Program-made: the position numbers and the translations under genes
Notes under the pieces: model-generated
The model's database searches: none
Seen by the model: only the letters and a program-made list of their open reading frames with translations
What the model was told of the DNA's origin: nothing
DNA from: Lama glama
Lineage: Eukaryota
DNA: 64,000 nucleotides
Direction: 5' to 3'
Assembly (NCBI GenBank): GCA_028534125.1
Contig: CM052816.1
Location: forward strand, 16,432,001 to 16,496,000
Shown: one piece after another, positions 51,590 to 64,000 of the stretch
Numbering within the stretch: position 1 is the first letter of the stretch
Layout: every line of letters begins with the position of its first letter

Positions 51590-52930
51590 ATATACAGATG
51601 ACTGGAATAGAACTGAAAATCCAGAACTATAGCAAATTAGTTTTCAATAAGATTGCCAAAACCATTCAACAGGGGAAAATAAAATAGTGCTGGGACAACT
51701 GAATATTCACATGCAAAAGAATGAGGTTGGACCCCTACCTCATACCATATATTTTCAAAATAAATCAAAACCTAAATTAAGAGGTACAATTATAAATAAA
51801 ACATCTTAGAAGAAAACACTGATGTAAGTCTTCAAGACCTCTGATTAGGCAATAGTTCCTTAACTATTACACCAAAAGAAGAAAGAGAAAAAAAAAAGAT
51901 ATAAACTGGACATCATCAAAATTAAATTTTTTGTGCTTCAAAGGACACTATCAAGAAAGTGAAAAGACCCAAAGAATGCAAAAACATTTCTGAAAATCAT
52001 AACTGATAAGGATCAAGTAATCACAATATATAAAGCACTCTTAAAATCCACAATAAAAAGAGAAAACAATCCAATTTAAAATACACAAAGAATTATATCA
52101 CCTCTCCAAAGAAGACATATAAATGGCTAACAAGCACATGAAAAGATGTTCAACCTCATCTGCTGTAAGGGCGTTGTGTATCAAAATGATACCACTTCAT
52201 ATCTACTAGGACAGCTCTAACAAAGACAAATAGTAACAAATGTTGGTGAGGATATGGGGAAATTGGAACTCTCATATCCCACTGGTGAGGATGTAAAATA
52301 GTGCAACCACTATGGAAAACAGTGTAGCAGTGCCTCAAATGGTTAAATGTAGTGTTACCAATATGACCCATCAATTCCACTCTTGGGTACATCCCCAGAG
52401 AAGTGAAAACATTTGTCAACACAAAAACATATACATAAATGTTTACAAAAGCACTCCATAATAGCTGAAATGTGGAAACAACCCAAACACCCATCAGTTA
52501 ATGAATGGATAAATAAAATGAGGTATATTGATACAATGAAATATTTAGCCATAAAAAGGAATAAAGCACTGAAATATGCTATAAACATGTAGGAACCCTC
52601 AAAGCATTATGTTAAGTGGAAGAAGCCTGTCACAAAAGGCTATATATTATATTTCTCTACTTAAATGAGACGTCCATTATATGAAAGTTCTTGGGGAGGG
52701 AGGGGCAATGACAGAAAGATAAATCCACAGAGGCAGAAACCAGATTAGTGGCTGCCAGGGGCTGGGGCAGAAGGGAAGAGTGAGGACCAACTACTAATAT
52801 GTATGAGGTTTCTTTCTGAGGTTAATGACAATGTTCTGGAATTACACAGTAGTTATGGCTGTACAATCTTATATATACTAAAAAATCACTGCATTGTATG
52901 CTTTAAGAGTGAACATTATGATGTGACTTA
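51590..52930 (+). mobile_element. L1MB-type element (3' ORF2 and 3' UTR)
   Basis: 'gctgggacaactgaatattcacatgcaaaagaatga', 'gcttcaaaggacactatcaagaaagtgaaaagac' and 'agattagtggctgccaggggctgggg...aatgttctggaatta'. Confidence 0.9.
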
Positions 52931-53264
52931 TGACTCAGTAAATAAAGACAAAAAAGAATACCAAATGCAGTGACCTCAAAGTACAGACCCTGGAGCTGGA
53001 GGTAACCTTAAGTTTGCCACTTATCAGCCATGTGACTAGACTCCGTAGCCTGTTTCCTCTTCTGTAAATTGCAGAGAATGCCTTGCTGTGAGGGTCAACA
53101 TATATAAAAAGGCCTAATTTATTACCCTGCACTAGGAAACAATACAAGTGTTGGCAGAAATTACTACTATTAGATAAACAACATAAGAAGACAGAGAAAA
53201 GATTTTCACTCTGTTTCCTGAGTATTCATCTGTTCAAAAATGACTCTCAAGGGCATACATGCCT

Positions 53265-53720
53265 TCTCTCAACAAGTGTTTACTGAGCACCTGGTAAGAG
53301 CCTGGCACTATTCTAAACACTTGGGAGAGAAATTAACCAGACAAAAATCCCTGGTTCCAAGGAGCTTATGTTCTAATAGGAGGGAAAGATAATAGACATA
53401 ATAAATAAATCAACTATATAGTTTGGTAGATGAAAGTACCTGGGGAGGGAAGGGCAGTGACAGAAAGGACAGGGAAAGTGGGGATATAAGATACAGTTTA
53501 AAATCAGGGTATCAAGGCAGGCCTCAATGAAAAGATACCACTTGAAGAAAGTCTTAAAAAAGGAAGCACAGGAGCAATGTGGCTATCTCAAGGCAACATC
53601 CCAGGCAGAGGGAATACCAAGTCAAAGACCCTGGGGTAGATGTACACTACCATGATCTTGGAAGGCCAAAAAAGCCACTGAGGCTGGCATGGAGTTAGTG
53701 AGGAAGACTGACTTTGTGGG
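53265..53720 (-). mobile_element. L2 3' fragment
   Basis: 'tcaacaagtgtttactgagcacct...gacaaaaatccctg...ggagcttatgttcta...ccaggcagagggaa...caaagaccctgggg'. Confidence 0.8.
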
Positions 53721-53970
53721 AGATGCAAAAGCCAGAGTTCAAGGGTAACAGAACAAGTTAGAAATAAAACTGCTCTTTCAAGAATCTGGTCTGCTACTAG
53801 GAGGGAAGTCTAGGGTCTGCTAAAAAAAAAAAAATTTTTTTTTTTTAGTTTCGATTTTGTACAGGAATAGCAGTATAGTGAAAGAGTAGGATCACAAACT
53901 TAGAAGTCAAACAAACTGTAGCTTCAACACTAAAATGGTCTCAGTTTCCACAGTAGTACAACAAATAATA

Positions 53971-54370
53971 CAGATAATCCTCACTTTGCACAGTAGTACT
54001 GGTCTGTAAAAACGATCATACAAACTCAAACAATACAATGTGATCTTAATCATCAATGGGAAAAGTTACAATTGTCTTGTGACCTTTAAAACTTTTTGTC
54101 AAAAGGTTAAAAGCTCCTTACTGATGATTATAAATATACACGGAAATGAAAGAGTACAACAAATATTTAATACACTGTAACTTAAAACATTATGAACACT
54201 ATTAAAGTGTTTTACTTCTTTGTAAAAAAAACTACTGAAACAGTTTTTTAACAATGCTTGCCTTTTTCAACATGATATAGAGAGAGCATCTTTTCTATCC
54301 CTTCATGAATTATCATATTTCTTTCTAAGTTTGGATCAGTTTCCAACATTTTATCCTTTGCACTTTCAAA
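53971..54370. mobile_element. Tigger-family (Tigger6-like) DNA transposon fragment
   Basis: Begins TA|cagataatcctcactttgcacagtagt, a Tigger-type terminus after TA. Internal sequence resembles Tigger6, from memory. No right terminus was seen. Confidence 0.65.
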
Positions 54371-55611
54371 ACTGAGCAGAGTGGACAAAGGAGTGAGCGT
54401 CTGAAGAAAGTGGAAGAAAATGTGAAGCAGCTGCTATGGGAAATAAAAAAGTGAATTAACCTGAAGTAAATGAAAGAACTGTGGGAAGAAGTAAAAGTCC
54501 AGGTTAAGCCAAACAGGATGAACTTAAAGTAGATTCTTAAAACTACAGTCAATCTAAATGAATCAAAACTCTTTAACAATCAGCTTACATTCAAATGGAC
54601 CAGTGAAAAGTATTAAAGATAATTTTAAATTTAACTTGAATCACTTAATCTCACTATAATAATTGCCCAATTTATCCTCAACTCTAATCTCTATTTTCAC
54701 CATAACCACCTCCTTCTAAATTCTCATTCCCACCCAAGTTTCTCTTAAAAGTTTCATTTCTCTACAGCTAGCACAAATCATTCCAAAACAGTATCAGGTC
54801 AAATGACAAGTAGAACTAGAATGAAGATGCAAAGTAAATTAAATATATTTACATCCACTCTAATCTCTCTTAGCTCACAACCATAATGGCAAATACTTAA
54901 CTTCATGGCTAACATATGTTCTTAGTAATGAAAACAACACATCAGAAACATACTGTACAATAGATTAAAACAGAAATTTTCTCTACTCACAAAACTATGA
55001 ACAAATATGTAAATAAACCACTAGCCTTTTTAAAAAGGGACTGAAATTTCTGCTAAATGATTATCTCTGTAAAAGGAACAAGACTCTAAAATTGACTTGA
55101 GATGTTTAATAAGGTAATAAAATAAATCTTTACTGTCAACTGGTTTACAGCATATATTTGTAAGAGTTATCAAAAGCACTCTGTATACAAAAAGGCAAAC
55201 TAGGAAAACTGAGGCAGCCTGTCTGTCCAAGGTCACATGATCAGCAGTAAAAGCTGAGAATATAACTGTGTCTTCTGGCCTTGTCCCAATTGTCTCTAGT
55301 CTGCTACACGACATCTTGTATTAACCAAGATATAAAGATGGAGCTCAAGAGAACCCACTCCTACTGTTTCATCTGCCATGAAATCACATCTGTCAACATG
55401 CTGATCTGCTGGCATTTTCTCCTAACTAAGCTCCCCTGGAGTTCAAAACAAGGACAAAGAGCAACTGTAAGAGAAATTTAAAAACCACAGTTCTACATTA
55501 CAACAGGAGAAGGTAAAAGCCTTTCTGAAGCATCAAATATCTTGAGTAAATTCCCTTCAAAGCATCCAACTTCTTATAAAGTTATGGGGAAAAAAGGACA
55601 AGCTTCAAACA

Positions 55612-55670
55612 TGTGTGGGGGTGTGTGTGTATGTGTATGAGAAACAGACAGACACAGAGACAGACAGAGA
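55612..55670. repeat. Compound imperfect (TG)n/(GACA)n microsatellite
   Basis: gtgtgtgtgtatgtgtatgagaaacagacagacacagagacagacagaga. Confidence 0.8.
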
Positions 55671-55814
55671 AAGTTTTCAAAACGAGGTTTTTTTTCTTTT
55701 TTTTAACTTGATCCTAGGAAACATGAGATATTCTATTATGCTGCTCCTTTAAACAAAGAATATTACAAAGTAATGTTAATAAATACACATTATTCTCCCA
55801 CAGGACTGTCTGGT

Positions 55815-56000
55815 GGAGATAAAAAAAGATATTGAAACTGAGTCTGAATCCCAATTTTGCTATTTGGTGGCTGTGTGACTTCAGGTTGCTACATCTTTAC
55901 CTCTGTTTTCTTTCTTGTAAAATGGGAATATCACCTCCCATTCCACTGGGCTGCTGTAGAAAATAAATGAGGTAATAAATACAATGCTCAACAAATACTA
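55815..56000 (+). mobile_element. MIR SINE fragment
   Basis: 'gtctgaatcccaattttgctattt...ggctgtgtgactt...tgtaaaatgggaata...taaatgaggtaat'. Confidence 0.7.
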
Positions 56001-59000
56001 CCATGTCTTTTCCACTTTCCCATCTATTTTCTCCAATACTTAAAATCCATTCAGAACATGGTCATTGCTCACACACCAAAGATTTCTTATATATTTAGAA
56101 ATAAACTCATGCTAGCAAGTTTCCTAAAGGATAAAGGAAAAACTGGCTTTTAATTTGCAGTGATGAAGGAATAAAGACAGAACCCCCTTCACTCCAATCT
56201 TCGTAAGGCAAAAAGTGGTTAAAAAAAAAAAACTGGTCCTTTTGTGGTAAAAGCTATAAGCAAAGCTTGACTTAGTTCACCTTGCTGGGTTTTAGTTTTT
56301 CTATCTGGTTTAAAAAAAAAAAAAAAAAAGAGTAAGCCAAACTGAGGTTCCTTCTAGGTTTTAGTAAACTAGTCAACTCCCTCATCTATCCTACAATTTT
56401 ATAACTTCCCATCCCAAAAAGCCCATGCCATACTACAAGAATGGCTCCCAACCACAATGCCCTTAGCTGAGGGTACCAGGTTCTCAGAAATCCAGTAATG
56501 GAAACACCTCTATAAGCTTTCAAAAGTCCTTCAAGGAGAGCCAAAAGACACAGCAAAGTTGTATCTTCCCTAAAAACAATACCAAGGATACTTCTAATAC
56601 GTTCCTTGGCCAGAACTTTTTCTACCTTTAGGTCCAGAAAGCGACAAAAACTCAGCCACCTCAGCAGAAGAACATGGTTTGTCTTCTATAAATTACATAA
56701 TCCACCCACTCTAGGTGTCTTTATTAATAGGGAAAAAATATTTAATTTCTACCTTAAAAATAGACAATATGTAACAATCTGTACTGCACAACAAGAATGG
56801 AGATCACAATGTATTTACACCATGAGGGTGGGATGGGGAGACTATACCAACATACATGAAAATACCAACAGAGGTGGTACATCATAAGATTGTACAGCCT
56901 GATGAGTGATTACTTTCTGATACGTGTGTGTGCTTTTTTAAATTTTCTATAATAAATACACTTTCAAAGAAAAAACTTTTTAAATGATTTTAAAATGTAA
57001 AAATCTGTAATTCACGTCTGTTATACATAAATCTCAGGTATTCCTAAAAAGGAATAATGTAAAGTATTCCAAAAAGTCTATATGCAAAATTTCTTTTTTC
57101 TAAGGTATAAAAATCCCACGGCTATTAGTGTCACTACAAAAAGGAAAAAGTAAAATTAGCATACATTATGAAATATAAAAGCTTATTTTTTGTTTAGTTG
57201 CTTCAGGAAAAGTTCAACTGTTATACAGACTTTAAGCAGACATTTCTTAAACAGAACATTTTACAAGAGCATATTGTTTGTTATCAACTGCCAGATCCAA
57301 AAGAAAAAGATATTTTAAGATACCCACCTGAATACACTTTTGAGGACCAGCAAACATAGTCCTGTGTCAAAATAACAGAAGCTTCCAGGAGAGGACCTAA
57401 AAGCCATTTATCATCTTAAGTATGGTCAAATTGTTTATTCATTTCATGATCACTTTCATGGCCATATGTGGAATTCTGACTGCTCCTCTCCTATTGTCAA
57501 GTCTCTTTGATCTCTATCTCAAAATGATTTTTATTATCTAAAGTTTTTCATCCTCTCAGATATCTCATACTATCCTTGTTAACAATGGCAGGCTTAAGTC
57601 TTTAAAACGAAAACTATCCTATTTACCATACTCCTTTTAAATTTTGGAAAAGTGAATAAAACTCTGGCCATAACAATATTAAAGAGAAGTCTTATTTTCT
57701 GGCTCAAAACAACCTCCTCAAATCATATTACTCTACAGAGGACATTATTCAGCATCAAAAATTATGTTGTGGGGGAGTACTTAATGATACTGAAAGATGT
57801 TCAGGATCCATTAACTGAAAAAAGCAAATGAGCAAAACAATCAAGCAAAACATATTTCTACCCATGTAAGTAGAAATTCTGGAAGGGTCTAGACCAAAAT
57901 GTCTATTCTTGGTTTCATCTCAGGGTAATGAAATTATGGCTAATTTTTATTTCTTCCTTTTCCCTCTTACTAGCAAAAACATGTTCACTATAGAAAACTA
58001 ACTTTTGTTAAAGGAATGTTTTTAGTTCTACCCAGGAATTAGCCATAGGAAGAAGGGGAAGAAAAAAAAGAGTAAGTAACCAGTATCATAGGTAAGTCTG
58101 TACTTAACAGCTGGGCATCTTTCACATAGTAGAAAGTAAAAAACATTCAGCTTTGAATTTGAATTCCTAAAACTTCCCTAGTACAGGATTCCTAATTCTT
58201 GAAAGTGACTTTTTTATTGCTTTAGCTCCACTGAGAAATCTACTTTATGCCAAATTCTCTTAAATATATATGAGGAAAGGATTTCACCAAAAAGTGATAT
58301 AACCGTTATTATTTCTTTGCTATCATTCCACCAACTTTCATTTTACAAAATAATAAACTGACAAGACCAAGTCTGCACAAAATAACTTGCCAACTTCAAG
58401 ATAATCAAGAATTAACATGCATTTCCCAACCTGTCCCAAAATCCCTTTCCTCCACCCCCTCAAAATTATTAAATTCACCTTCCATGATCTGATAATAAAA
58501 TAAGTCATCTTCCACACTTGTTGTTGAAGATAAACCGGCAATATAGTTACAAAGAATAACAGATTTTGTAACATAGTCCTTATGGGAAGGGACCAAATGG
58601 TGGCATATATCTGACATAACCTGTATGCCCCGTGACATGTGGATGAATCTGAATAAAACAATTAATCCTCTCCACCTTCACCTTTCATCAGTAAGGTATA
58701 TCTGGCAAAAATGACAGACCCCTAGATGATACCACCATAATTACAGAAAAACTGGCAATGGCCAAAAAAAAAAAAAAAATTCCTGACAGATGCTTGAGGA
58801 GAACTTCCCTGAGATGTCATTTTTAATTCACAAAACTGTTTCTTTTGAAAATAAACTCAGGAAAAAAACATTTAACATCATGTTATTCAAATACTATAAG
58901 CCCATCTAAATCAGTTCAGAGAACACCTAGAAAAACTCTCAAACTGTACCCTTCCTTATCCCCTGAGGGTAAGAAAAGGAGCTTTGGCATTTCTAATTTT

Positions 59001-60617
59001 TCCAGTCAACAGAACGGTTTTTTAAAAAAAAATTAAAATAGCATACCACACATATTCATGTTCTCATTTTCCTTACTAATTCAAGTGTGCCCTGATGCTA
59101 TTCAGAAACACTCCAAAGAGAGGCACTTACTTCCTGATTACACATTCAAATAGATGCATAACATGCATTTCAACTTGGAATCACTTCCTTAAGAAATTAA
59201 CCAGTAGAAACCATGTTTCTACACCATGGTTGAAGTCATGCCAAAGTCAAAAATTTAATACCGCAGGATAACTTCTCCAGCTACACTGTTAAAAAGCATT
59301 AAGGCAATAAGTACTACTACTCATTGTAACTTAAAACTATTATTATCCTGGTTAGTACTATTATTTTTGTGAATTTAACAAGACACTTTTTAAAAAGAGG
59401 CAAAATTTCAAGATGACAGGAAACATTAGAATTTAATAACTTCACTCTCCTTTCCTCACTTCCAAGCTGACTAAACCAGAACCCGAGTCTCTGCAAAGTA
59501 GCATATGCTAACACAAGAGTAGTGATCCAGAAGCAGACAGCATCCCTGACACACCCCAAGCCAAAAAAAAATATAGCCTCTACCCTAGAGACTTACAGTT
59601 TAAGTCAGACAGACAACTTTAAAACATAAAACACCCGGATGACAACCAGTTAATGATTTCTTGGAATTTATACTTTGTTCTTCCTGCTCAAGTTAAATGA
59701 AGAGCAAGAAAAAAATGGATTAAATGGTGAAAGTGGAGGAATAGGGGTCAATAATGAACACATTTTAAATTAATCAATCTTCAGGAATACATGAAGGGTA
59801 CGAATTAGAGTGGGAGCACTTCTAACAACAGATACAGCCATCACAGGATCACATGAAGAGACATTCACAAAAATAAGAGGCAAAAATAGGATGAAAAATC
59901 TACCAGGATCACAAGGAGAAAAGACAGGATAACAAATGAGAAGCCAGAACTTAAAACAAAAATATGAGAAAAATCAGCTGATTTGTTAGGTTTAATGAAG
60001 AAAGTCATTACACTAATTTGAAAATCTAATTAACTTAACTTTAATCTTTTTTCAAAATGTTGAATATTGCTCTACTATTGCTCTTCCATACCATCATTAA
60101 CACTTTTTGAAACCCATCCTCAATATTCCACGGTAGGAACACTTGTTTGTCATTTTTATCCTCTGAAAAATTAAAAAGCCCATATATAAGATGAAGCTCA
60201 TGATTCTAGCCTGAATAAAATCACACTAACAAGACTAGAAAAATTAAAATTCAATCTCTCACACACACCCACACAAAGCTCCTCAAAGCTATGTTTCAAG
60301 TCTTCAAATCATGAACTTAGCAAAGCCAGACTCCACTCTGAAGTCTACATCTCAAATTCTACTCGAAATAGTCACTGACAGCTGCTTTGTCCTGATCACA
60401 TCTGCCTTTTAACATCTATCTTGCAGGCTACCTATATTTCTGAAGCTGTCAACATCTGCACTGGACAAGAGACCAATTTCTACCTCTTTCAATCTGACTC
60501 TTGTCAGTTGCTAGGGAGAAAATTATGCCTCAAGAGCCTGACAGCTTGGGCTCAATATTCTTTTGTCAAGGATAAAATACATCATTATATTCCTTAAAAT
60601 TGCCTTGCCAAGATTCT

Positions 60618-60618
<1 letters not shown>

Positions 60619-60653
<35 letters not shown>
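60619..60653. repeat. (AC)~17 microsatellite
   Basis: Perfect AC dinucleotide run, read directly. Confidence 0.97.
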
Positions 60654-60656
<3 letters not shown>

Positions 60657-62044
60657 GTACATATATTCATACACACACCTCCCCATGTGTATTTTTTTCT
60701 CCCTATATACAAATCATGCAAACTCTAATACGGAAGATGGCATCTATGTCCTCAATTTCACTACACAATTACTGAGATAAATAAAAGAATTAATTAATAT
60801 CAATTTAAAACTCTCACTGCCTATCCCTTCTTCATGCAATGTCCCTAAGAGACAGTCAGTTTTATCTAACTGGGTAATTCTGTGCTTCCAAAATTTTCAA
60901 ATGCTGAGACGTTTTCTGTGCAACAAGACCGTAAGAGTATGCTCACCAATCAAATGTAACTGCTAAGATCACACAGATGCTGTCAAAGTCAATAGTTTAA
61001 ACTCCACTGTTTCAGAAGACCAATAAATACTGCTTTCTTCCTCTAAAAGTGACAAGACACTTTCTACGGAAAAGATGGTTCTTGTAATGACTAAGACCTG
61101 GTATTGAACAACATTGACTGTTCTCAACAAGTTGAAGTTGTACTTCTACTCAAGGACTATAATTAAAGTTTATATGAAATGGAGTAATGATCCCAAAGCC
61201 AGAACTTGAAAACAAAAGCCTCCAAAGAAATCTTAAGATAAATACTGTCTAAACATAAACCAACATGAAAGGGGGACACTACAAGCCAAACATTAAAGTG
61301 TTTGCTTTCTATCTACTGGACAAGGATACTTAGTAAAAGAATTTACTCCATTTTCACCTTCTAGCCATTTGGGGAGAAGAGGTATGAAGGTATTCTTAAT
61401 AAATGTTTTTTCAGTATTGGAGAAGAGGCTGCAGTGAATTATCCAGATGTTTTCATGCTGTCCAGCACATACATGAGAGGTGACTGGGTTAGTGGTTAGT
61501 GGTATGGCAGTCATGAAACAAAAATCAAACCAAATAGTCTGGGAGGCTGTAAAAGTCACTGGATTTAAGCTGCAATCTTCGCTCTATTCAACCACCTTTT
61601 CCAGGACTACCATAAATCTTGTCCCATCATTAAAATCATTACGCACACATCCAACCATGTCTTGACTTCCAACTCCAAGTTAACACTACCTCTGCAATAC
61701 CAACAGATTAGTGATGAGAAATCTAAAAGATTAGCACCTCTGGCCCAATAAGCCGTTTCTCAATTTTTGAAACCTGGCAGAATTCCCATCAATAAGAAAA
61801 ACAACAGGGCTTCAACAAATCAACAATAAGAGTACCAAATGTTTACAGATACTTATCACTGCCCTAGGGGCTCTCGCAAGCACCATGTTTCAGATATATT
61901 CATGAACAAACATAAGAAATGATCAACATCAATTACCTCCAAATAATGCAATTTAAAAAAAAAAGTAGCATTTTACACCTATAAAGATAGCCAAAAATTT
62001 TAATGGACTATCCTATTACTTGTCAAGAAGGACAACTTACTTCC

Positions 62045-62482
62045 ATTAAACACCATTGCTCCTTTGGAGAATGCTCCCTCATTCCTTGTGTCCTGGAGTG
62101 TACATGTGAGCCAGACTGACTAATCAACTCCTCTAACAACAGAAATTGGTTCAGTGCTGAGTGTGGCCAAAGCAAAACTAATTAGTCCCCTCTAGGACTA
62201 AGACACAAAGATTGAGGAAGAAAAGTTTTTTCTGCTGGGATGACAAAAGTAGGATGACCACCTCAAACTAGAGGTGGACATCTTATCCAATATGCATGTA
62301 TGAAAACAAAGGTAAACTGAAATACATGGACTCAAGTAATGAAGAAAGTCTCAAATCTTTTCAGTCAGTCACATCTAGCCATGCCTGAACTCAGGGTCTA
62401 CTCCTAGAATTCCCAGTTACAAAGACCCATAAACTCCTTTTTTGCTTAAACAAGTTCGAGCTGAATTTCTGTAACCTACACT
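62045..62482 (+). mobile_element. MaLR MLT1-type LTR fragment within old L1M pieces
   Basis: 'tctagccatgcctgaa...cccagttaca...ttttgcttaaacaagttcgagctgaatttctgtaacctaca' resembles an MLT1 3' end. Confidence 0.65.
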
Positions 62483-63029
62483 TGGTGAGGTTATATGACC
62501 ATTAGCAAACTAGATAGACAGATAGACAAGATAGATAAATAGATAATAATCCTACTGGAGAACAATTTAGAAATACATTTTTAAAGTCCTAAAACCTATG
62601 TCCCTGAGGAAACTCTCTGTATGGTAATTACATGGTTACATATACATGTAAAACTTTATCAAACTTTACACCAATTTGTGTACTTCACTGGATATAAATT
62701 ATACATTAATTTTTTAAAAAAGATCTGTGCCCCTATATTTCTACTCCAGGAAATATGTCTTAGAGCTATAATTTTTTTAAAAAAGGGAAAACATTGTATG
62801 TAAACGGTGTTCACTCACTATAGCATTATTTATATGAACAACATAAAAATAACCTGTAAGTCCAATAATAGAGAAATATGCAATAGAAAGTATAGAAAAC
62901 AGTTTTAAAGATTAAAAAAATCATTGAAAAAACCTACAATTAGTGTTAAAGTTTTAGAAAAAAATAACAAAAATGCTACCAAAGTTAGAAATAAAACTAG
63001 GGTAAAATGCACTAAATATAAAATACTAT

Positions 63030-63990
63030 TTATAATAATTCAAAAATAAAAATAATGTAAACCTAGGAAACATACAGAGAACTCATATGCTAAATACTAA
63101 TGAAAGAAACAAAAAAAAATGACCCAAATAGATGGAAACATTTTGTTCAGACTGAAAGACTCAATATAGTAAAAATGTCAACTCTCCCCAAATTGATTAC
63201 AAGTTTAATGTAATTCCTGTCAAAATCCCAAGTTTTTATACATATAGACAACACTATCTAAAATTTATACGGAAAAGCAAAAGAACTAGAATAGCTAAAA
63301 CTATTTAGAAGAAGAATAAAGTGAGAGGAATCACTCAACGTAATTCTAAGACTCATCGCTACAGCAATAAAGACTGGGTACTGACAGAGGGATAGACACA
63401 TTGATCAATGGAACAAAACAGAGAACCCAGAAATAATCCCACATAAGCACAGCTGACTGATTTTTTACAAGGTGGGGGCAAAAGCAATTCAATGAAGGAA
63501 AGACAGTCTTTTCAATAAATGGGACTGCAACAACTGTATGTTCATAAGGGAAAAAAAGAACTCAACCTAAACCTCACATGTTATACAAAAACTGACCCAA
63601 AATGATTCGAGAGTTAGCTGTAAAATATAAAAATACAAAACTTTTTAAAGAAAACAGGAGAAAATCTTCATGAGCTAAATAAAGCTTGCTGAAGAATTCT
63701 TCAACCTAACACCAAAAGCATGATCCAGAAATGGGAGTGGGGGAGTAAATCAACAATTTGGACTTCATCACAATTAAAAACTTTTACTATGCAAAAGACC
63801 TGTTAAGAAGATGAAAAGACAAGCTATACCCACACCATGGAGTACTCATGGAATACCCTCTAGCAATATAAAGTTAATACTATTGATATACCACCTTGGA
63901 TGGCTCTCACGTTGAGGGAAAAAAGGCCCATCTCAAAAGGTCATATATTGTACAGCCAAAGATATCACCATTTGTGTATGGGGAAACAAA
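63030..63990 (+). mobile_element. Old L1M ORF2 fragment joined to a 3' UTR piece
   Basis: 'aagactcaatatagtaaaaatgtcaactctccccaaattgat', 'gatcaatggaacaaaacagagaacccagaaata' and 'cagtcttttcaataaatgg'. Confidence 0.85.
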
Positions 63991-64000
63991 TCTACCTATA

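Larger units (their letters stand above)
1..64000 (-). other. CTNNA1: Host gene body of alpha-E-catenin (part of intron 3 to part of intron 7)
   Basis: Four minus-strand exons splice into a continuous alpha-E-catenin frame: GDLMKSAAGEFADD...QLKV|VEDGIL...KRQQ|ELKDVGHRDQ...NNFD|KQIIVDPLS...EYMGN. No other catenin exon was seen in the window. Confidence 0.97.

Noticed and set aside
58338..58661. Overlapping minus-strand ORFs (107 and 77 aa) in unique sequence
   Set aside because: There is no recognisable homology or exon structure, and the lengths are within chance expectation.

Overview
This is mammalian genomic DNA, very likely camelid judging by its tRNA-derived SINEs. The whole window lies inside CTNNA1 (alpha-E-catenin), transcribed on the minus strand. 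Four coding exons with canonical AG/GT ends are present: exon 4 at 47320-47486, exon 5 at 46312-46431, exon 6 at 39820-40089 and exon 7 at 36723-36926 (human numbering, from memory). Positions 1-36722 are part of the giant intron 7 and 47487-64000 are part of intron 3. The repeat-free first ~2.9 kb is probably the distal 3' UTR of the nested antisense gene LRRTM2; this is inferred from known gene architecture, as its CDS is not in the window. The rest is intronic sequence with L1, L2, MIR, Vic-1-like SINE, ERVL/MaLR LTR and DNA-transposon relics, identified by eye with approximate boundaries. No new protein-coding system is evident. The most unusual observations are: two local templated insertions (a ~155 bp copy replacing the middle of a SINE, and a 38 bp copy inside an L1 3' UTR); SINEs inserted repeatedly into the same target site; an inverted SINE pair bracketing the phase-0 exons 5-7, which could give a 594-nt stop-free circRNA; a candidate 99-nt poison exon; and a strong CTCF motif in intron 6.
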